From the NCBI GenBank assembly GCA_963808625.1, contig CAWEHK010000029.1, positions 160,001 through 224,000 of the forward strand: DNA of 64,000 nt, read 5' to 3'. The first letter of the stretch is position 1; each line of letters begins with the position of its first letter. The notes beneath the pieces are model-generated. The model did not search any database. It was not told the DNA's origin and worked only from the letters and a program-made list of their open reading frames with translations. The stretch comes from an uncultured delta proteobacterium. GTDB lineage: Bacteria > Desulfobacterota > Syntrophobacteria > Syntrophobacterales > Syntrophobacteraceae. A program made the translations under genes and the position numbers. Below are positions 40,755-51,163 of the stretch, piece after piece.

Positions 40755-40912
40755 CCCACTCCCTACTGCCTACTGCTTACTCCCTGCTTCCCACTCCCCA
40801 CTCTCACCCTTCAGCCCCACTCCCCACTTGCTACTCCCCACTCCCTATTACTCGCTTACTCCCTACTGCCTACTCCCTACTGCCTACTCCCTACTCCCTA
40901 CTCCCTACTCCC
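40755..40912. repeat. heptamer array (CCTACTC)n
   Basis: Seen directly in the sequence. Confidence 0.93.
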
Positions 40913-42499
40913 CCCTCGCTCCTCAACTTATCGAGCGTCTGTGTCACCGACCGCCGAAGATGCTCAATTCTTCTCAGCGTGTAGTGGCTGACGGAATTGC
41001 GCTTCAGGTCCTTCACCAGCCAAAGCATTCCGAGGTTGTTGTTGCGGTCATCGAGTAAGGGTAATTCCAGTTTGAGCAGGCATTCGTGGCGCCCGTCCCG
41101 GTCTATGTCAAAGCCGTTGTGAGTCCAGACCCACTCGACGCGGCGGTTCCCTCGCTTTCCGTCGCTTGTTTCCGCCATACTCCCGGCAATCCCCTTCCGG
41201 AGATTGATCGGGCCGCCAGGGTTGCGCCAAAAGTCTGAGTTCCCATTTCTCCCGTTGGCATGGTTCCAGAGCAGTATCTTTGACATATCAAAGTCAAGCA
41301 TCTCCAGGGCCTTACAGGTATTTTGCCAGAGCTCCTGATAGGTTTTCGATCCGGAAATTTCGAGTTGCATGTTCAGGAAACTGCGTCGTTCGTGGCTGAA
41401 ACCCGCTTCGTCTGAGACGTCCTTGATCCAGCCGTAGATCCTCTCGGGGGCAATATGTTTCAGGTAACCGAGCCTTTTCAGGAAACAGAAGGCAGTAATT
41501 GCCAGCGCCAACAGAAAGATGCCGATGATCCGGTTTTGCAGATTGACCAGCAGGAGTGAGAGGATGCAGAGCACCATAGAAGCCGCATAGATGATGAAGA
41601 CCGCTTTCTTGGTCGAAAAGCCCATGGAGACCAGTTTGTGGTGGATGTGCCCCGTATCGGGGCGAAACATCCTCTTGCCGAGAAGGAACCGTCTTACAGG
41701 GAGCGAGAAGGGTATCGAAGATCGGGACCCCAAGGGCCAGAAGGGGAATGAGGATGGTGGCGCCGACCTGGCTTTTGGAGGAATGGATAATGGATATGCC
41801 GGCGATGATGTAGCCGAGGAAATAACTCCCGCCGTCGCCCATGAAGATGGAGGCGGGATTGAAATTGTATCGCAGGAAGCCCAGACAGGCCCCCGCAAGG
41901 CCGCTAAAAAGGAGAGCGTTCGGGTAATTTTCCCCCCAGATGGAGATGGTGGTCATGACCGCAGAGGTGAAAAAGGCAATGCCCGCAGCAAGACCGTCAA
42001 GGCCGTCGGTGAGGTTCAAGGCATTGATGAAGAGGACGAACCAGAAAATCGTAACGACGTAGCTCGCAATACCAAATGGCCCACCGAGCTGAAGGCCGAA
42101 AAGATTGGTAATGTGAGCTCCCCCGAAGTAAGCGATGGTGGCGGCGAGCACCTGGAAACCCAGTTTTACGGAAGGCTTGGTCCGGTGAAAATCGTCGAAA
42201 AGGCCGATGCCAAAGACAACAAACGCCCCTATAAGGAGCATTGCCATCCTTCTATCCAATGTGATCCATGTTTCCGGAAAGCCGAAAAGGAAATGGGTGA
42301 TAACAAGAGACAATAAAAAGGACAAAAAGATGGCGATGCCCCCCACCCTCGGGATCGGCTTCTGGTGCACCTTTCGTTCGCCCGGCAGATCGAATGCACC
42401 GAGCCTTGCGCCGAGCAACCCTGCCCCGGGAGTGATCAGGATCGCCAGGAACAGAGCAGTGACAAAATGGACAAAGAAGATCGTCAGTTTCTCATCCAC
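40891..42499 (-). CDS. WecA/MraY-family undecaprenyl-phosphate sugar-1-P transferase with a C-terminal extension (frameshift ~41700)
   Basis: RKVH..PIPRVGG, GLFDD, NLTDGLDG, FMGDGGS, HIHHKL. Confidence 0.9.
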
Positions 42500-42689
42500 C
42501 GCTCGACTCCGTCGCTACGGTTGCTGATCGGTTATCTCTGAGAATGCCGCCAGAAGAGATTTGAGCAATATGGACTCGTTCCCGAAACTTGATGTCAATG
42601 ATCCCTAATTGGATGCCTCAATAAGAAATAGATCCCAAACGATTACCAGCGAGCAGTGAAGCGTCGCAACAGAAAGACCGGAGAGAAAG

Positions 42690-42802
42690 AACACCGGCAT
42701 CGGACCCCCGAAGGAAAGACCATTACCCTTCTCCGTCAGGGCAGGTCTCGGGTCAGTTGCCTTGCGTCTTGCTCTTTCGAGTGGTTTGCACTTTTCTCAC
42801 GA
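42690..42802 (-). promoter_or_regulatory. candidate degenerate c-di-GMP-I (GEMM) riboswitch
   Basis: Minus strand GCAAACCACTCGAAAGAG..GACGCAAGGC, in the 5' region of the wecA-like gene. Confidence 0.5.
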
Positions 42803-43164
42803 GCGCTAAGGAGAGTTCTTATTATCACCGCAGCAACACTCGAAAAGCAATGAAAAAATCAGGTCCGAGGCGGTTCGAGCATTTTTCATGCCGAAGCAAA
42901 GCATTGCCTGGCTTCATTTGTATGGCCTGGACAACGGACCCAATGCCTGAGCCAAAATTCCGTGTTTGGTTGATGCCTTATGAAGCATATCCGTGCAGAA
43001 GGTAAGACGAGAGGCAGCTCTTGATGCACTCTCCTGTGGGCACATTGCACTCCGACCATTGCAGATGGGTGTGACGCCATGAAGAAGCCCTCTTGATCGA
43101 GGAACACGGAAAGGCTCCAAGGTGCTGGTGTTCTACGACGTTCTTGCCGACTTGCAGCACCCCC

Positions 43165-43293
43165 CACCAACCATCCCCCCCTCAACCATCAACATCCCCC
43201 ATCCCCCATCAACCATCAACTCATCCCCCATCAACCATCAACCATCAACTCATCCCCCATCAACCATCAACCATCAACCATCAACCATCAACT
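43165..43293. repeat. heptamer array (CCATCAA)n
   Basis: Seen directly in the sequence. Confidence 0.93.
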
Positions 43294-44105
43294 CTTCTCC
43301 CCCTTCTCTCCCTCAGCACACGCAGCATGAACCCTGGATTGGACACAAAATTCCTCCGCCACAGCCGCTGTGGTTGCTGCATGAGCCGTGGCAGCCACTC
43401 CATTCCATGATCGCAAAACCAGGGGTGCGATCGCGCGACCGTGCCGGTGAAGAAATCAAAAGCGGCGCCGATCGGCCCAATCATCCGCACATGGAGATCG
43501 CGTTTGTTGGCATGCGCCCATTTCTCCTGTTTTGGTGCGGTCAGGGCGACCCACAGGACATCCGGCGCCGCCCGATTGACCCTCTCCACCATGCGCGCTT
43601 CGTCCTCTTTCGAGAATTCTGAACAGAATGGGGGGGCAAAGGTTCCCGCCACTTCAATGTGCGGGAAGCGAGCAGCCATTTCCTCGCGCACCTTTGACAG
43701 GGTAGTCCCGGTCGAACCCAGGAAAAAGTAACGGCAGCCGCCTGCGGCATTGAGCAGGCGGCTCAGGCCCAGGAAGAGGTCCGTCCCGGTAACGCGCCGC
43801 CGCAAGCGCCCTCCCAGCAGCTTCGATGCCAGCACCATGCCGATGCCATCCGGGATCACCATGTCTGCAGCGCTGATAGCCGCTCGGAAGGCGGTGTCTT
43901 TCCTGGCAACCTCTAGGGAATGGGGATTGGCACAAACAAAGTAGCGGGCTTCTCCCCCCGATGTTATCCAGGAATAAAGCTCGCTCACGCAGTTATCTAT
44001 GTCCTTCAAGGTGATGCGGTAGCCCAGGAGGCTTTCGCAGGAGTCATCCTCGACCTGCGGCTCGCGTCCGCGACAACTATCCTTGTTTGTGCTGAGAACC
44101 TTCAT
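43281..44105 (-). CDS. WecB/TagA/CpsF family glycosyltransferase
   Basis: ANPH, PDGIG, RVTGTD, APKQEKW, GAAFDF, EWLPRL. Confidence 0.95.
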   Translation of the reverse strand: MKVLSTNKDSCRGREPQVEDDSCESLLGYRITLKDIDNCVSELYSWITSGGEARYFVCANPHSLEVARKDTAFRAAISAADMVIPDGIGMVLASKLLGGRLRRRVTGTDLFLGLSRLLNAAGGCRYFFLGSTGTTLSKVREEMAARFPHIEVAGTFAPPFCSEFSKEDEARMVERVNRAAPDVLWVALTAPKQEKWAHANKRDLHVRMIGPIGAAFDFFTGTVARSHPWFCDHGMEWLPRLMQQPQRLWRRNFVSNPGFMLRVLRERRGRRVDG

Positions 44106-44112
44106 TTTACCA

Positions 44113-44304
44113 GACTTAGTAAACCTCCGCATAAATAAGTGTCCGAATTCGACTTAGTAAACTCCGCATAAATAAGTGTCCGAATCGAGACATTCCCGCG
44201 TGTTTCTGGCGGGAATCCAAGGTGGGCAAATTCTCTGGATTCCCGCTAAAAGCATGCAGGAATGACGCCCGGGGTGATGGACACTTTATTCTGCTGTGCG
44301 GTAC
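44113..44304. mobile_element. GTAC-ended MITE family, copy 3, with a tandemly duplicated left end
   Basis: gacttagtaaac(c)tccgcataaataagtgtccgaat occurs at 44113 and 44151. Confidence 0.88.
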
Positions 44305-44305
44305 G

Positions 44306-44447
44306 TAATACTACAACGAGGTTTCCGCGGGGGGCCTTAATCTGTGGGGCAGGCTTTCCAGCCTGCCTTTTGGCCGCTTCGGCATGGCAGGCTGGAAAGC
44401 CTGCCCCACACGGATTGGAGTCTCACCAAAGTACTGTTGTAGTATTA
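44306..44447. mobile_element. second MITE type: 12 bp TIR enclosing a REP doublet
   Basis: taatactacaac..gttgtagtatta around tgtggggcaggctttccagcctgcc / ggcaggctggaaagcctgccccaca. Confidence 0.8.
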
Positions 44448-44593
44448 GTTTCGCTCCTCACAAATGAGTGTCCCAATTGCTGTCGTCATGCCCGCGAAGG
44501 TGGGCCACCAGGGTTTGTTCTTGGATTCCCGCCAGGAGCATGCGGGAATGACGGTCGGCGGAGAAATGGACACTTCATTCTGCTGTGCTGTAC
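44448..44593. mobile_element. GTAC-ended MITE family, copy 4
   Basis: cacaaatgagtgtcc..gcatgcgggaatgac..cacttcattctgctgtgctgtac. Confidence 0.85.
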
Positions 44594-44787
44594 TCAGGAA
44601 TTCACCGCAGTCCCTCATGTCCCTTTGGGACACCCGAAGACACATGAAAAGTGACTTTTCGGAGCAGAACTCGCTGAGATCGCAGAATAATCTTATCATT
44701 TCAGAGCGAAATCTCTCTGCGTACTCTGCGCTCTCCGCGGTTAAATGAAACAATGCATCCTTAAGCGATATAGCTCTCGTAAAGACC

Positions 44788-46005
44788 TCATTGCGATTTC
44801 TGCATTATTCGGCGAGCCGTCGCCGCCTGGTAGATGTCCATGAGCAGCTTGTGATTGACCGGTGCGGTGTATTCCCTCTCAAAGGTCTTTCGGGCTTCTT
44901 TCGCCATGGCGGCCAGCCTGCGTTCGTCCGCCCAAACGGTCTTGAGGGCAGCCAGGAGATCGCCGGAATCACCGGGTGCGAACAGGACCCCGTCATCGCC
45001 CTCGTTGACAATGCAGGGCATGGAGCCGAGGCGCGAGGCAGCCACCGGGACACCCAGGGCAAAGGCTTCGCGAATGACCATGGGAAAGCCTTCGAAACAA
45101 AGCGAGGGCAGGACCAGCAAGCGTGCCCCGGCAAGCACCTGTTGCCCTTCGGAAAATGGCAACTGACCCAGGAACTTTATTTTCCTTCCCGCGTAGAGTT
45201 CGCCGGCAGCGTTTTGCAGACTTTCTCGTTCCGGACCATCGCCAATGAGTTCAAGACCGGGCGCTTCCTCTCCCCACCGCTTCCAGGCCTCAACTAAGGA
45301 GTACAGCCCCTTCTCCTCACGCAGGCGCCCAACAAAAACCACCTTCTGTTCTCGTTCGGACCAGGGCAAAGGCTCGGGAGGGTCGGGATAAAAGTGCGGT
45401 TTGACGTGCACTTTGTCTCCAGGGAGTCCCGCCTTGACCAAGTGATCGCGCTGAAATGGAGTGAGTGCAATGAAAGCGTCAACATCCCTCTGCCAGGTGC
45501 CGATGAGCCGGTGAAGGGCGATCATTGTTGCCAGGGGCGCAGTCGCGAGGCGACTGTCACGATAGCATCCCCTTCTCAGCGCCGGCAGCACACTCCGCTG
45601 ATCAAGGCATTCCGTACAAGGCGTCCCATTGTGCATTGGGATGCCGGCGGCACAGAAACACCGGTAATTGTGAAGGGTGAGGACGGAAGCGGTTTCAAAA
45701 CCTCTGGTCGCCCGGAAAATGGCGGGGGACAGGAGTGGGAAGGTGTTGTGGACGTGCAGAATCTCGGGCTGCTCGCGCTCTAGTACCTGCCGCAGGGCCC
45801 AGACGGCGAAAGGGTTCCACGGCGTTGCCAGAGCGCCCTGCAGGGTGCCGATCGGTCCGCGCGCCCGGATCTCATCACTGTGTCGGGTGAACTCCAGAAC
45901 CTCATGACCGCTCCGCACCAGGAGATCCAGTTCCGCCAGATAGGCCGAATTTTCTCCACTCGGGGCCGACGACCCGTAAAAATTGTGGGCCAGTAAAATT
46001 TTCAC
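44788..46005 (-). CDS. GT4 glycosyltransferase
   Basis: AHNFY..SGE, HVHN.FP, TLHNYR, FEGFPMVIREA. Confidence 0.93.
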   Translation of the reverse strand: MKILLAHNFYGSSAPSGENSAYLAELDLLVRSGHEVLEFTRHSDEIRARGPIGTLQGALATPWNPFAVWALRQVLEREQPEILHVHNTFPLLSPAIFRATRGFETASVLTLHNYRCFCAAGIPMHNGTPCTECLDQRSVLPALRRGCYRDSRLATAPLATMIALHRLIGTWQRDVDAFIALTPFQRDHLVKAGLPGDKVHVKPHFYPDPPEPLPWSEREQKVVFVGRLREEKGLYSLVEAWKRWGEEAPGLELIGDGPERESLQNAAGELYAGRKIKFLGQLPFSEGQQVLAGARLLVLPSLCFEGFPMVIREAFALGVPVAASRLGSMPCIVNEGDDGVLFAPGDSGDLLAALKTVWADERRLAAMAKEARKTFEREYTAPVNHKLLMDIYQAATARRIMQKSQ

Positions 46006-46232
46006 GGACTGGTTAGGGCGAGCAGTTCAAAAGGGACTTCGTAGTCCCCTGCGGTTTCATTAGCATCAAGAAGCTCCGGGATGAGGATTCTGAGTTTCTC
46101 GACCAAGCCTTCTAAAGTGCTCTCTTCCGTAGCCAGCCCCGGGACATCGTCACTGGTGGCTACCCATACCCGGGCCTCATCATCCCACTCGGTACGAATA
46201 AACAGTGGTCTCTGATGCATATGCGTCCTCAC
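46002..46232 (-). CDS. DUF1902 (HicB-like fold) protein
   Basis: WDDEARVWVATSDDVPGLATE..IPELL. Confidence 0.88.
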   Translation of the reverse strand: MRTHMHQRPLFIRTEWDDEARVWVATSDDVPGLATEESTLEGLVEKLRILIPELLDANETAGDYEVPFELLALTSP

Positions 46233-46317
46233 TTTGCTCTCTCCGCCCCTTCGTGGATCAATAATTCCCCCCTTTCAGGCTTCACCCTTCACTCTTCCCT
46301 GTTCCCTTTTTCCTTTT

Positions 46318-46719
46318 TCATAATGGTCTTGACACTTCCTCGATGAAGAGGGCAACGTCGTCGAGGATCTGAGGAATGCTGCGGTGCAACAGCTCATAAT
46401 CGATCACTTCGTATTCATGGACAAGGATGTTTCTCAATCCAGCCCCGAGGGCCAAATGAGTGCTGAGTGTTTGAGTCAGGATTCCCATCTCTCCTGCTCT
46501 CAAGAAAGCTGCCCGGTAAGAGCCGGGAGCGGGTTCGCCTTTCATGGAAAGCAGATGAAACACGATATCTGATGCCGTCATGAGAAGCAATTCAAGCAAG
46601 CGCTCCACCTTGTAATGGTCGGCAATGAATTCTCGGTAATCTGCATCTCGATAAGGATCAATATCTCTCAAGTATTGCGCCAACCTGATAAGTTTCCTCG
46701 CAATCACCTCAGGGGACAT
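46318..46719 (-). CDS. HepT-like (DUF86) HEPN ribonuclease toxin
   Basis: Rx4H motif LRNILVHEY; VERLLE. Confidence 0.9.
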   Translation of the reverse strand: MSPEVIARKLIRLAQYLRDIDPYRDADYREFIADHYKVERLLELLLMTASDIVFHLLSMKGEPAPGSYRAAFLRAGEMGILTQTLSTHLALGAGLRNILVHEYEVIDYELLHRSIPQILDDVALFIEEVSRPL

Positions 46720-47142
46720 GCCGCAACCTTTCTGCGAATTTCTTGAGGTACGCCAGTTCTTGTTCCCTCAAGTGGGCCGTGTCGAGATAAAGTTTCCATG
46801 AGTAAAGTTTGCCGCGCTCAAACAGACCCTCGACCTCTTCGAAAAGGAGCCGCCCCTTGAAAAAGACTTCATACCGGAGCAAGGGCGATGTATTGGGTGT
46901 GAGCACGACCAGGTCAACACGCTCCGGGTGAAAAATCGTTTCCAAATCGTAGATCAGGTCCAGCTTGGAGCGACTGCAATTTCTCCTGAGTTGCACCGCC
47001 AGATCCAGGTCACTCGAAGCGGTGGCGAAGCCTGTTACCCGCAATCCGAAAAGAATCAAGAGCGCTATTCCAGCCTCGTTGCAGAATATGGAAGTGGCCG
47101 GGCGGAGACAGGCAATAATTCTGTTTGCATCGTCGCCTCCAT
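46709..47142 (-). pseudogene. MntA-like nucleotidyltransferase antitoxin, 5' frameshifted
   Basis: LFGLRVTG..SDLDLAV (the usual GS is GL), VDLVVL, SPLLRY; the N-terminus is out of frame. Confidence 0.75.
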
Positions 47143-47157
47143 GCTTTCAGCCCTTCA

Positions 47158-47312
47158 GTACAGCACAGCAGAATAAAGTGTCCATTACCACCTGGTCGTC
47201 ATTCCCGCATGCTCTTAGCGGGAATCCAGGGCATTTGCACAGCCTGGATTCCCGCCAGAAACGCGCGGGAATGACGAGTGGCATTCGGACACCCATTTAT
47301 GCGGGGGCGTAC
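47158..47312. mobile_element. GTAC-ended MITE family, copy 5 (inverted)
   Basis: Near-identical reverse complement of 27858-28012; TCA/TTA flanks. Confidence 0.9.
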
Positions 47313-47347
47313 TTAGCTATCAGCTCTTAGCCTCTCACCCATCGTGT

Positions 47348-47698
47348 TCAGACTTCCAAGACGCGGCGGATGGCGATGGCCACAGCTTGGAGACGCTCCT
47401 CGTCCAGACTACCCAAACGATGAACCAGCCGTTCTTTAGATATGGTCATGACCTGTTCACACTTTACGAACGACCCGGCTTCGAGTCCGTTTCTTTCTGA
47501 GGCAGCAACTGGGACGTGGAAGGGAACCTCTTTGCCCTTGGTGCTCACTGTGACCACTATGGTATTCGGGTAACGGGGATTTGAATTAGCTGCATCGGTC
47601 TGAATCACTAATGCCGGTCTCCTGCCAGTCTGTTCAGAGCCCCGGCCCGGAGACCAATCGACAACCCAAATTTCTCCCCGGCGAACCTTTTCACTCAT
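47348..47698 (-). CDS. PemK/MazF family toxin
   Basis: RGEIWVV..GSEQ.GRRPALVIQ..EQVMTISKERL. Confidence 0.93.
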   Translation of the reverse strand: MSEKVRRGEIWVVDWSPGRGSEQTGRRPALVIQTDAANSNPRYPNTIVVTVSTKGKEVPFHVPVAASERNGLEAGSFVKCEQVMTISKERLVHRLGSLDEERLQAVAIAIRRVLEV

Positions 47699-47936
47699 CG
47701 TTCAGCGCTATCTCCCGTTGGGCCTCTGAGGCATAGTCCACACTTACCTCATTGAGATCCTGACCAGCCAGAGTAAATGCGTCGAATAACGCCACCGCAT
47801 CCTCCTCAGCAAGCTTCCTTGTGATGGCCTCCTGAACAAATGCTGCCATGCTGCGGCCTTTAAGCTGGGAGGCCGTCTTGACACGCTGGTAGAGATCCGG
47901 ATCAAAACGCAACGTGAATGCAACCTGCCTCCTCAT
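47691..47936 (-). CDS. RHH antitoxin for the MazF-like toxin
   Basis: FTLRFDPDLY..SMAAFVQEAI; overlaps the toxin start. Confidence 0.8.
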   Translation of the reverse strand: MRRQVAFTLRFDPDLYQRVKTASQLKGRSMAAFVQEAITRKLAEEDAVALFDAFTLAGQDLNEVSVDYASEAQREIALNDE

Positions 47937-48089
47937 GGTATCACCTCAAGATTGTAAAATATGGTGTCATAAGTTTACATCACGTGCAAGTACCTGGCAA
48001 GACCAAGAGCCCATTCGGCCGCCATCCGATCGCGGCAGTTTGGCAGCAGGGTTCCCAGTCAGAATAGACCGAATCAGCAATTCAGTTCT

Positions 48090-48170
48090 TCCCCGGTTGT
48101 ACAATCTTTTATGGTATTATTGAGGCAAATCGACCGCTCCCGAGGAAAGCCGGTGGCAGCAGCGCGTTCA
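48090..48170 (-). pseudogene. short remnant homologous to the middle of the GT at 51164-52304
   Basis: ATGFPRERSICLNNTI versus AGGFPRERVICLNNTI. Confidence 0.7.
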
Positions 48171-48178
48171 ACTCCCGA

Positions 48179-48865
48179 TCAGGCTTCCCTGCTGCTGAAC
48201 AACTTCCTGGCAAGCCTCACGGCCTTTTCGGCATCTTGTTGCGAGGGTTCTCCGAGGGGCAGTAATCCCGCTTCCACAGGGTACCTTCCCGAGTAGATGC
48301 TGTCGATGAAAACGATCTCTTCGTCAGACAGCGGGAACTTTATTTTGTAGTCTTTTCCTATGGCAATGAGCCGTTCAATGCTGGGAGTTTTCTCGAGGTC
48401 CCATCCCTTCTTGAAGAGCTTAACTTTGATCGCTTTTTCAATGGCTTGTTGAGCATGGTAACAGGCGCCTTTAAAATATCCCCCCTGTAATAAATAGGCC
48501 GCCATGGCTAATTCATCTTTGGCCTGCTCCTGCCATGCTTTGATCATGTCCTTCATGTAAAGCATCTTCCCTTCCCTTGAGACGAGCCTTAAAAAAGGGC
48601 TTCCCTTAGAATAGTGCTCGCTCACCAAACTCAGAGGCATCACGAATGGTTCTATGGAAAATTTCCGGTAGAATCTCTTGAGGCATTTATGCAGCAGAAG
48701 CCTGGCGTCCTGGACCGTCCCCGCATCGTCATCGATCACCACAAGCAAGTCCAGATCATTCCCCATTCCTTGCCGAGCCACCGAACCGAACAGGACCACG
48801 GAAAAGGGATCCAGCGCCCTGGCAATGGACTGCGCCGCCTTTTTGGCATCCTCAAAAGTGACCAT
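48179..48865 (-). CDS. nucleotidyltransferase-HEPN fusion protein
   Basis: LFGSVAR..DLDLLVV followed by ACYHAQQAIEKAIK..GRYP in one frame. Confidence 0.88.
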   Translation of the reverse strand: MVTFEDAKKAAQSIARALDPFSVVLFGSVARQGMGNDLDLLVVIDDDAGTVQDARLLLHKCLKRFYRKFSIEPFVMPLSLVSEHYSKGSPFLRLVSREGKMLYMKDMIKAWQEQAKDELAMAAYLLQGGYFKGACYHAQQAIEKAIKVKLFKKGWDLEKTPSIERLIAIGKDYKIKFPLSDEEIVFIDSIYSGRYPVEAGLLPLGEPSQQDAEKAVRLARKLFSSREA

Positions 48866-48951
48866 GTATCTCTCTCGCCGAAAGCAAAAGGTAAGTCGTG
48901 CATGGCTATTATGCCGGCTTGGTTTGCTCTCTATGCGCGGAAGAAATCTCC

Positions 48952-49704
48952 TTACGCCTCGGTGATCTGGAAGGTCTTGTAGCGCCGAATGTGGGGGTAA
49001 CGTCGGTCGGCATGGACTTCCACCTCGGGGGTAAAGTGAAAGCCCACCAGGAAAGGCTGAATTTCTCCGGAAAGGGCGGTCCTGAGCCGCTCGATCATTT
49101 TTTGGAAGCGCTCGAAGTCTTTCTTCCCCGGCTGGGCTTTGCACTCCCCGATGAGAAAGAAGGGGCGAGCGTCTTTGGTGCCTTGGGCGAAAAGGTTCAC
49201 TTCATCATGGGTACCATCGGCATAGATGACATTGCGCCGGTCCACCAGCGTGATTTCGACTCCGAATTCCCGTAATGCAAAGGTCTTGAGGTGAGGGATG
49301 AGGCGATCTTCGATACCATACCCCACAGCCATGGCCAGACCCCCCAACTGCTTCTTGATGTCCCTCTGATCATCCGCCAGAGCTTTCACCGACAGTTCCG
49401 TACGCCTCTGCGCCTCGGCAAGTTCCTCGATGCGCATTTCCGTACGTCTCTGAGCCTCGGCAAGTTCCTCGATGCGCATTTCCGTACGCCTCTGAGCCTC
49501 GGCAAGTTCCTCGACGCGCATTTCCGTACGTTTCTGAGCTTCGGCGAGTTCCCGCACGACATCCTTCAGATCGTTGAACTCGCTTCGGCCGACGGCGATG
49601 ATCTGGGTCTTTTCTTCGATCTCCTCCAAGAAACAGAGAAATGCTTCTCTGGTCTTGGTGTCGAGCTCCTCCAATTTGCGAATCATGGCAGCGCTAACGC
49701 TCAT
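48952..49704 (-). CDS. coiled-coil repeat protein with a PD-(D/E)XK-like C-terminus
   Basis: 4 x 14 aa ELAEAQRRTEMRIE (42 bp), then VGYGIED..EVN..IGECK. Confidence 0.85.
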   Translation of the reverse strand: MSVSAAMIRKLEELDTKTREAFLCFLEEIEEKTQIIAVGRSEFNDLKDVVRELAEAQKRTEMRVEELAEAQRRTEMRIEELAEAQRRTEMRIEELAEAQRRTELSVKALADDQRDIKKQLGGLAMAVGYGIEDRLIPHLKTFALREFGVEITLVDRRNVIYADGTHDEVNLFAQGTKDARPFFLIGECKAQPGKKDFERFQKMIERLRTALSGEIQPFLVGFHFTPEVEVHADRRYPHIRRYKTFQITEA

Positions 49705-49860
49705 GGCAGTTCCTCAGACCGGGCCACCGGCGTGGTGTTTTGTTTCTCAATGATCCCGCTTTCCATCATAACCCAATCAAGAATCAAGAGAAAAGGACCA
49801 ACACGCCCTTCAGCCTGTCACCTTGCGAAGCAAGAAGATCGCTTTTCTCGGCTCAACCAT

Positions 49861-50290
49861 TCAACAGTTACGAAGGGCGTTCATAATTCCTCGTGCAAAA
49901 TTCTCCACCATCTGCTCAAGGGTGTACTTGTTGGCATCTTCCATGGCCTGCCCAGCTACCTGAAGCCTCAAGCCATCATCCGTGAACAGCTTGCCGGCGC
50001 AGGCGACGTAATCATCCAACCGGTTTGCTGTCATGAAACCATTCCGGCCATCTTCGAGATAAGCGATCTCAGGCGAATAGATTTTGCAGTCGGTAGTGAT
50101 CATGGGGATGCCGAGGGCGAGGCTGTCGATGATATTGAGCCCGACCATCCCGGGGTTCAGCATCACCTTTCCCAGGCGGCCGTAAAGCGCTTTTTCGCGG
50201 TCGTGCCTCGCTCCCACCCAGTGCACCCAGGGCCTGCTCACGGCGAACTTCTGAACATCCATCTGCTCGATCGTGTAATTTTTCGCATAT
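49861..50290 (-). pseudogene. duplicated 3' fragment of the GT at 51164-52304
   Basis: 49894-50259 versus 51200-51565: 366 bp with 16 mismatches by manual count. Confidence 0.92.
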
Positions 50291-50440
50291 AGAAAATAGG
50301 TTCCGACACCTCCGCATGCTTCCAACGGGGGGCCAGAGCATGAAACACCCTGGATTCCCGCTAACGGCCATGACCTCGAGGGTCGCAACGAAGCATGAGA
50401 ATACGAGACTGAAGGCAGAAAAAGTAAGGTTTTGTTTTTA

Positions 50441-50490
50441 TTCTGCCTCCTGCCTCCTGTCTCCTGCCTCCTGTCTCCTGTCTCCTGCCT
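50441..50490. repeat. heptamer array (CCTGTCT/CCTGCCT)n
   Basis: Seen directly in the sequence. Confidence 0.9.
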
Positions 50491-50548
50491 ATTGACCGCA
50501 TCAGCGGATTGAATTAAAATGGTCACAATAATTCCATAGGAGGATAAC

Positions 50549-50821
50549 ATGGATGGAGTAAAGGAGACCCTGCCGGTGACCAAAGCCAAACGTGATCTGC
50601 TGGAGCTTATCAAGCGCATGCAGGAGGACGATGCGATCATCACGATCACAAGGAATGGTGAAGCGGCGGGAGTACTCATGACCGCAGGGCGTTATGAAGG
50701 GTTGTTAGAAACCATCGAGATTCTGGCGGATGTGAGAATAACCGAGGCGCTTCTTGCTTCCTCAAGGGATTTCGCCCAAGGCAACACCCACAGTCATGAC
50801 GACGTGTGGGGAGACCCTTGA
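50549..50821 (+). CDS. Phd/YefM family antitoxin
   Basis: VTKAK..ITITRNGEAAGVLM..YEGLLETIEIL. Confidence 0.92.
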   Translation: MDGVKETLPVTKAKRDLLELIKRMQEDDAIITITRNGEAAGVLMTAGRYEGLLETIEILADVRITEALLASSRDFAQGNTHSHDDVWGDP

Positions 50822-51108
50822 TGTATCGAATTGAATACTCTGAAACCAGCCGTAATCAAATCCGCACCCTGGACCCATTCATAAAGCCGATCATCAAGAG
50901 GCGCATCGAGGAGCTCAAGGATAACCCCTTCTTAGGAAAACAGCTGGAACGGCAGCTTGCCGGGTATTATTCGTATAAAGCCAGGCGGTTCCGGATCATT
51001 TACAAGATCGTGCCACACGCGATGACGCTTCAAATTCACTATGTCGGACACCGAAAAGATATCTATGAACTGGTTGCGGAGCTCATCAGTTCCGGCGCCA
51101 ACGCCTGA
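50821..51108 (+). CDS. RelE/ParE family toxin
   Basis: NPFLGKQL..RFRIIY..VGHRKDIY; TGATG coupling to the antitoxin. Confidence 0.92.
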   Translation: MYRIEYSETSRNQIRTLDPFIKPIIKRRIEELKDNPFLGKQLERQLAGYYSYKARRFRIIYKIVPHAMTLQIHYVGHRKDIYELVAELISSGANA

Positions 51109-51163
51109 TCGGATCAACTCTTCCCCGCGCCCCCATCTTTACTTCTGTCGCTTCAACAATCTC

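Noticed and set aside
49390..49560. CRISPR-like 42 bp repeats
   Set aside because: In-frame coiled-coil coding repeats without spacers.
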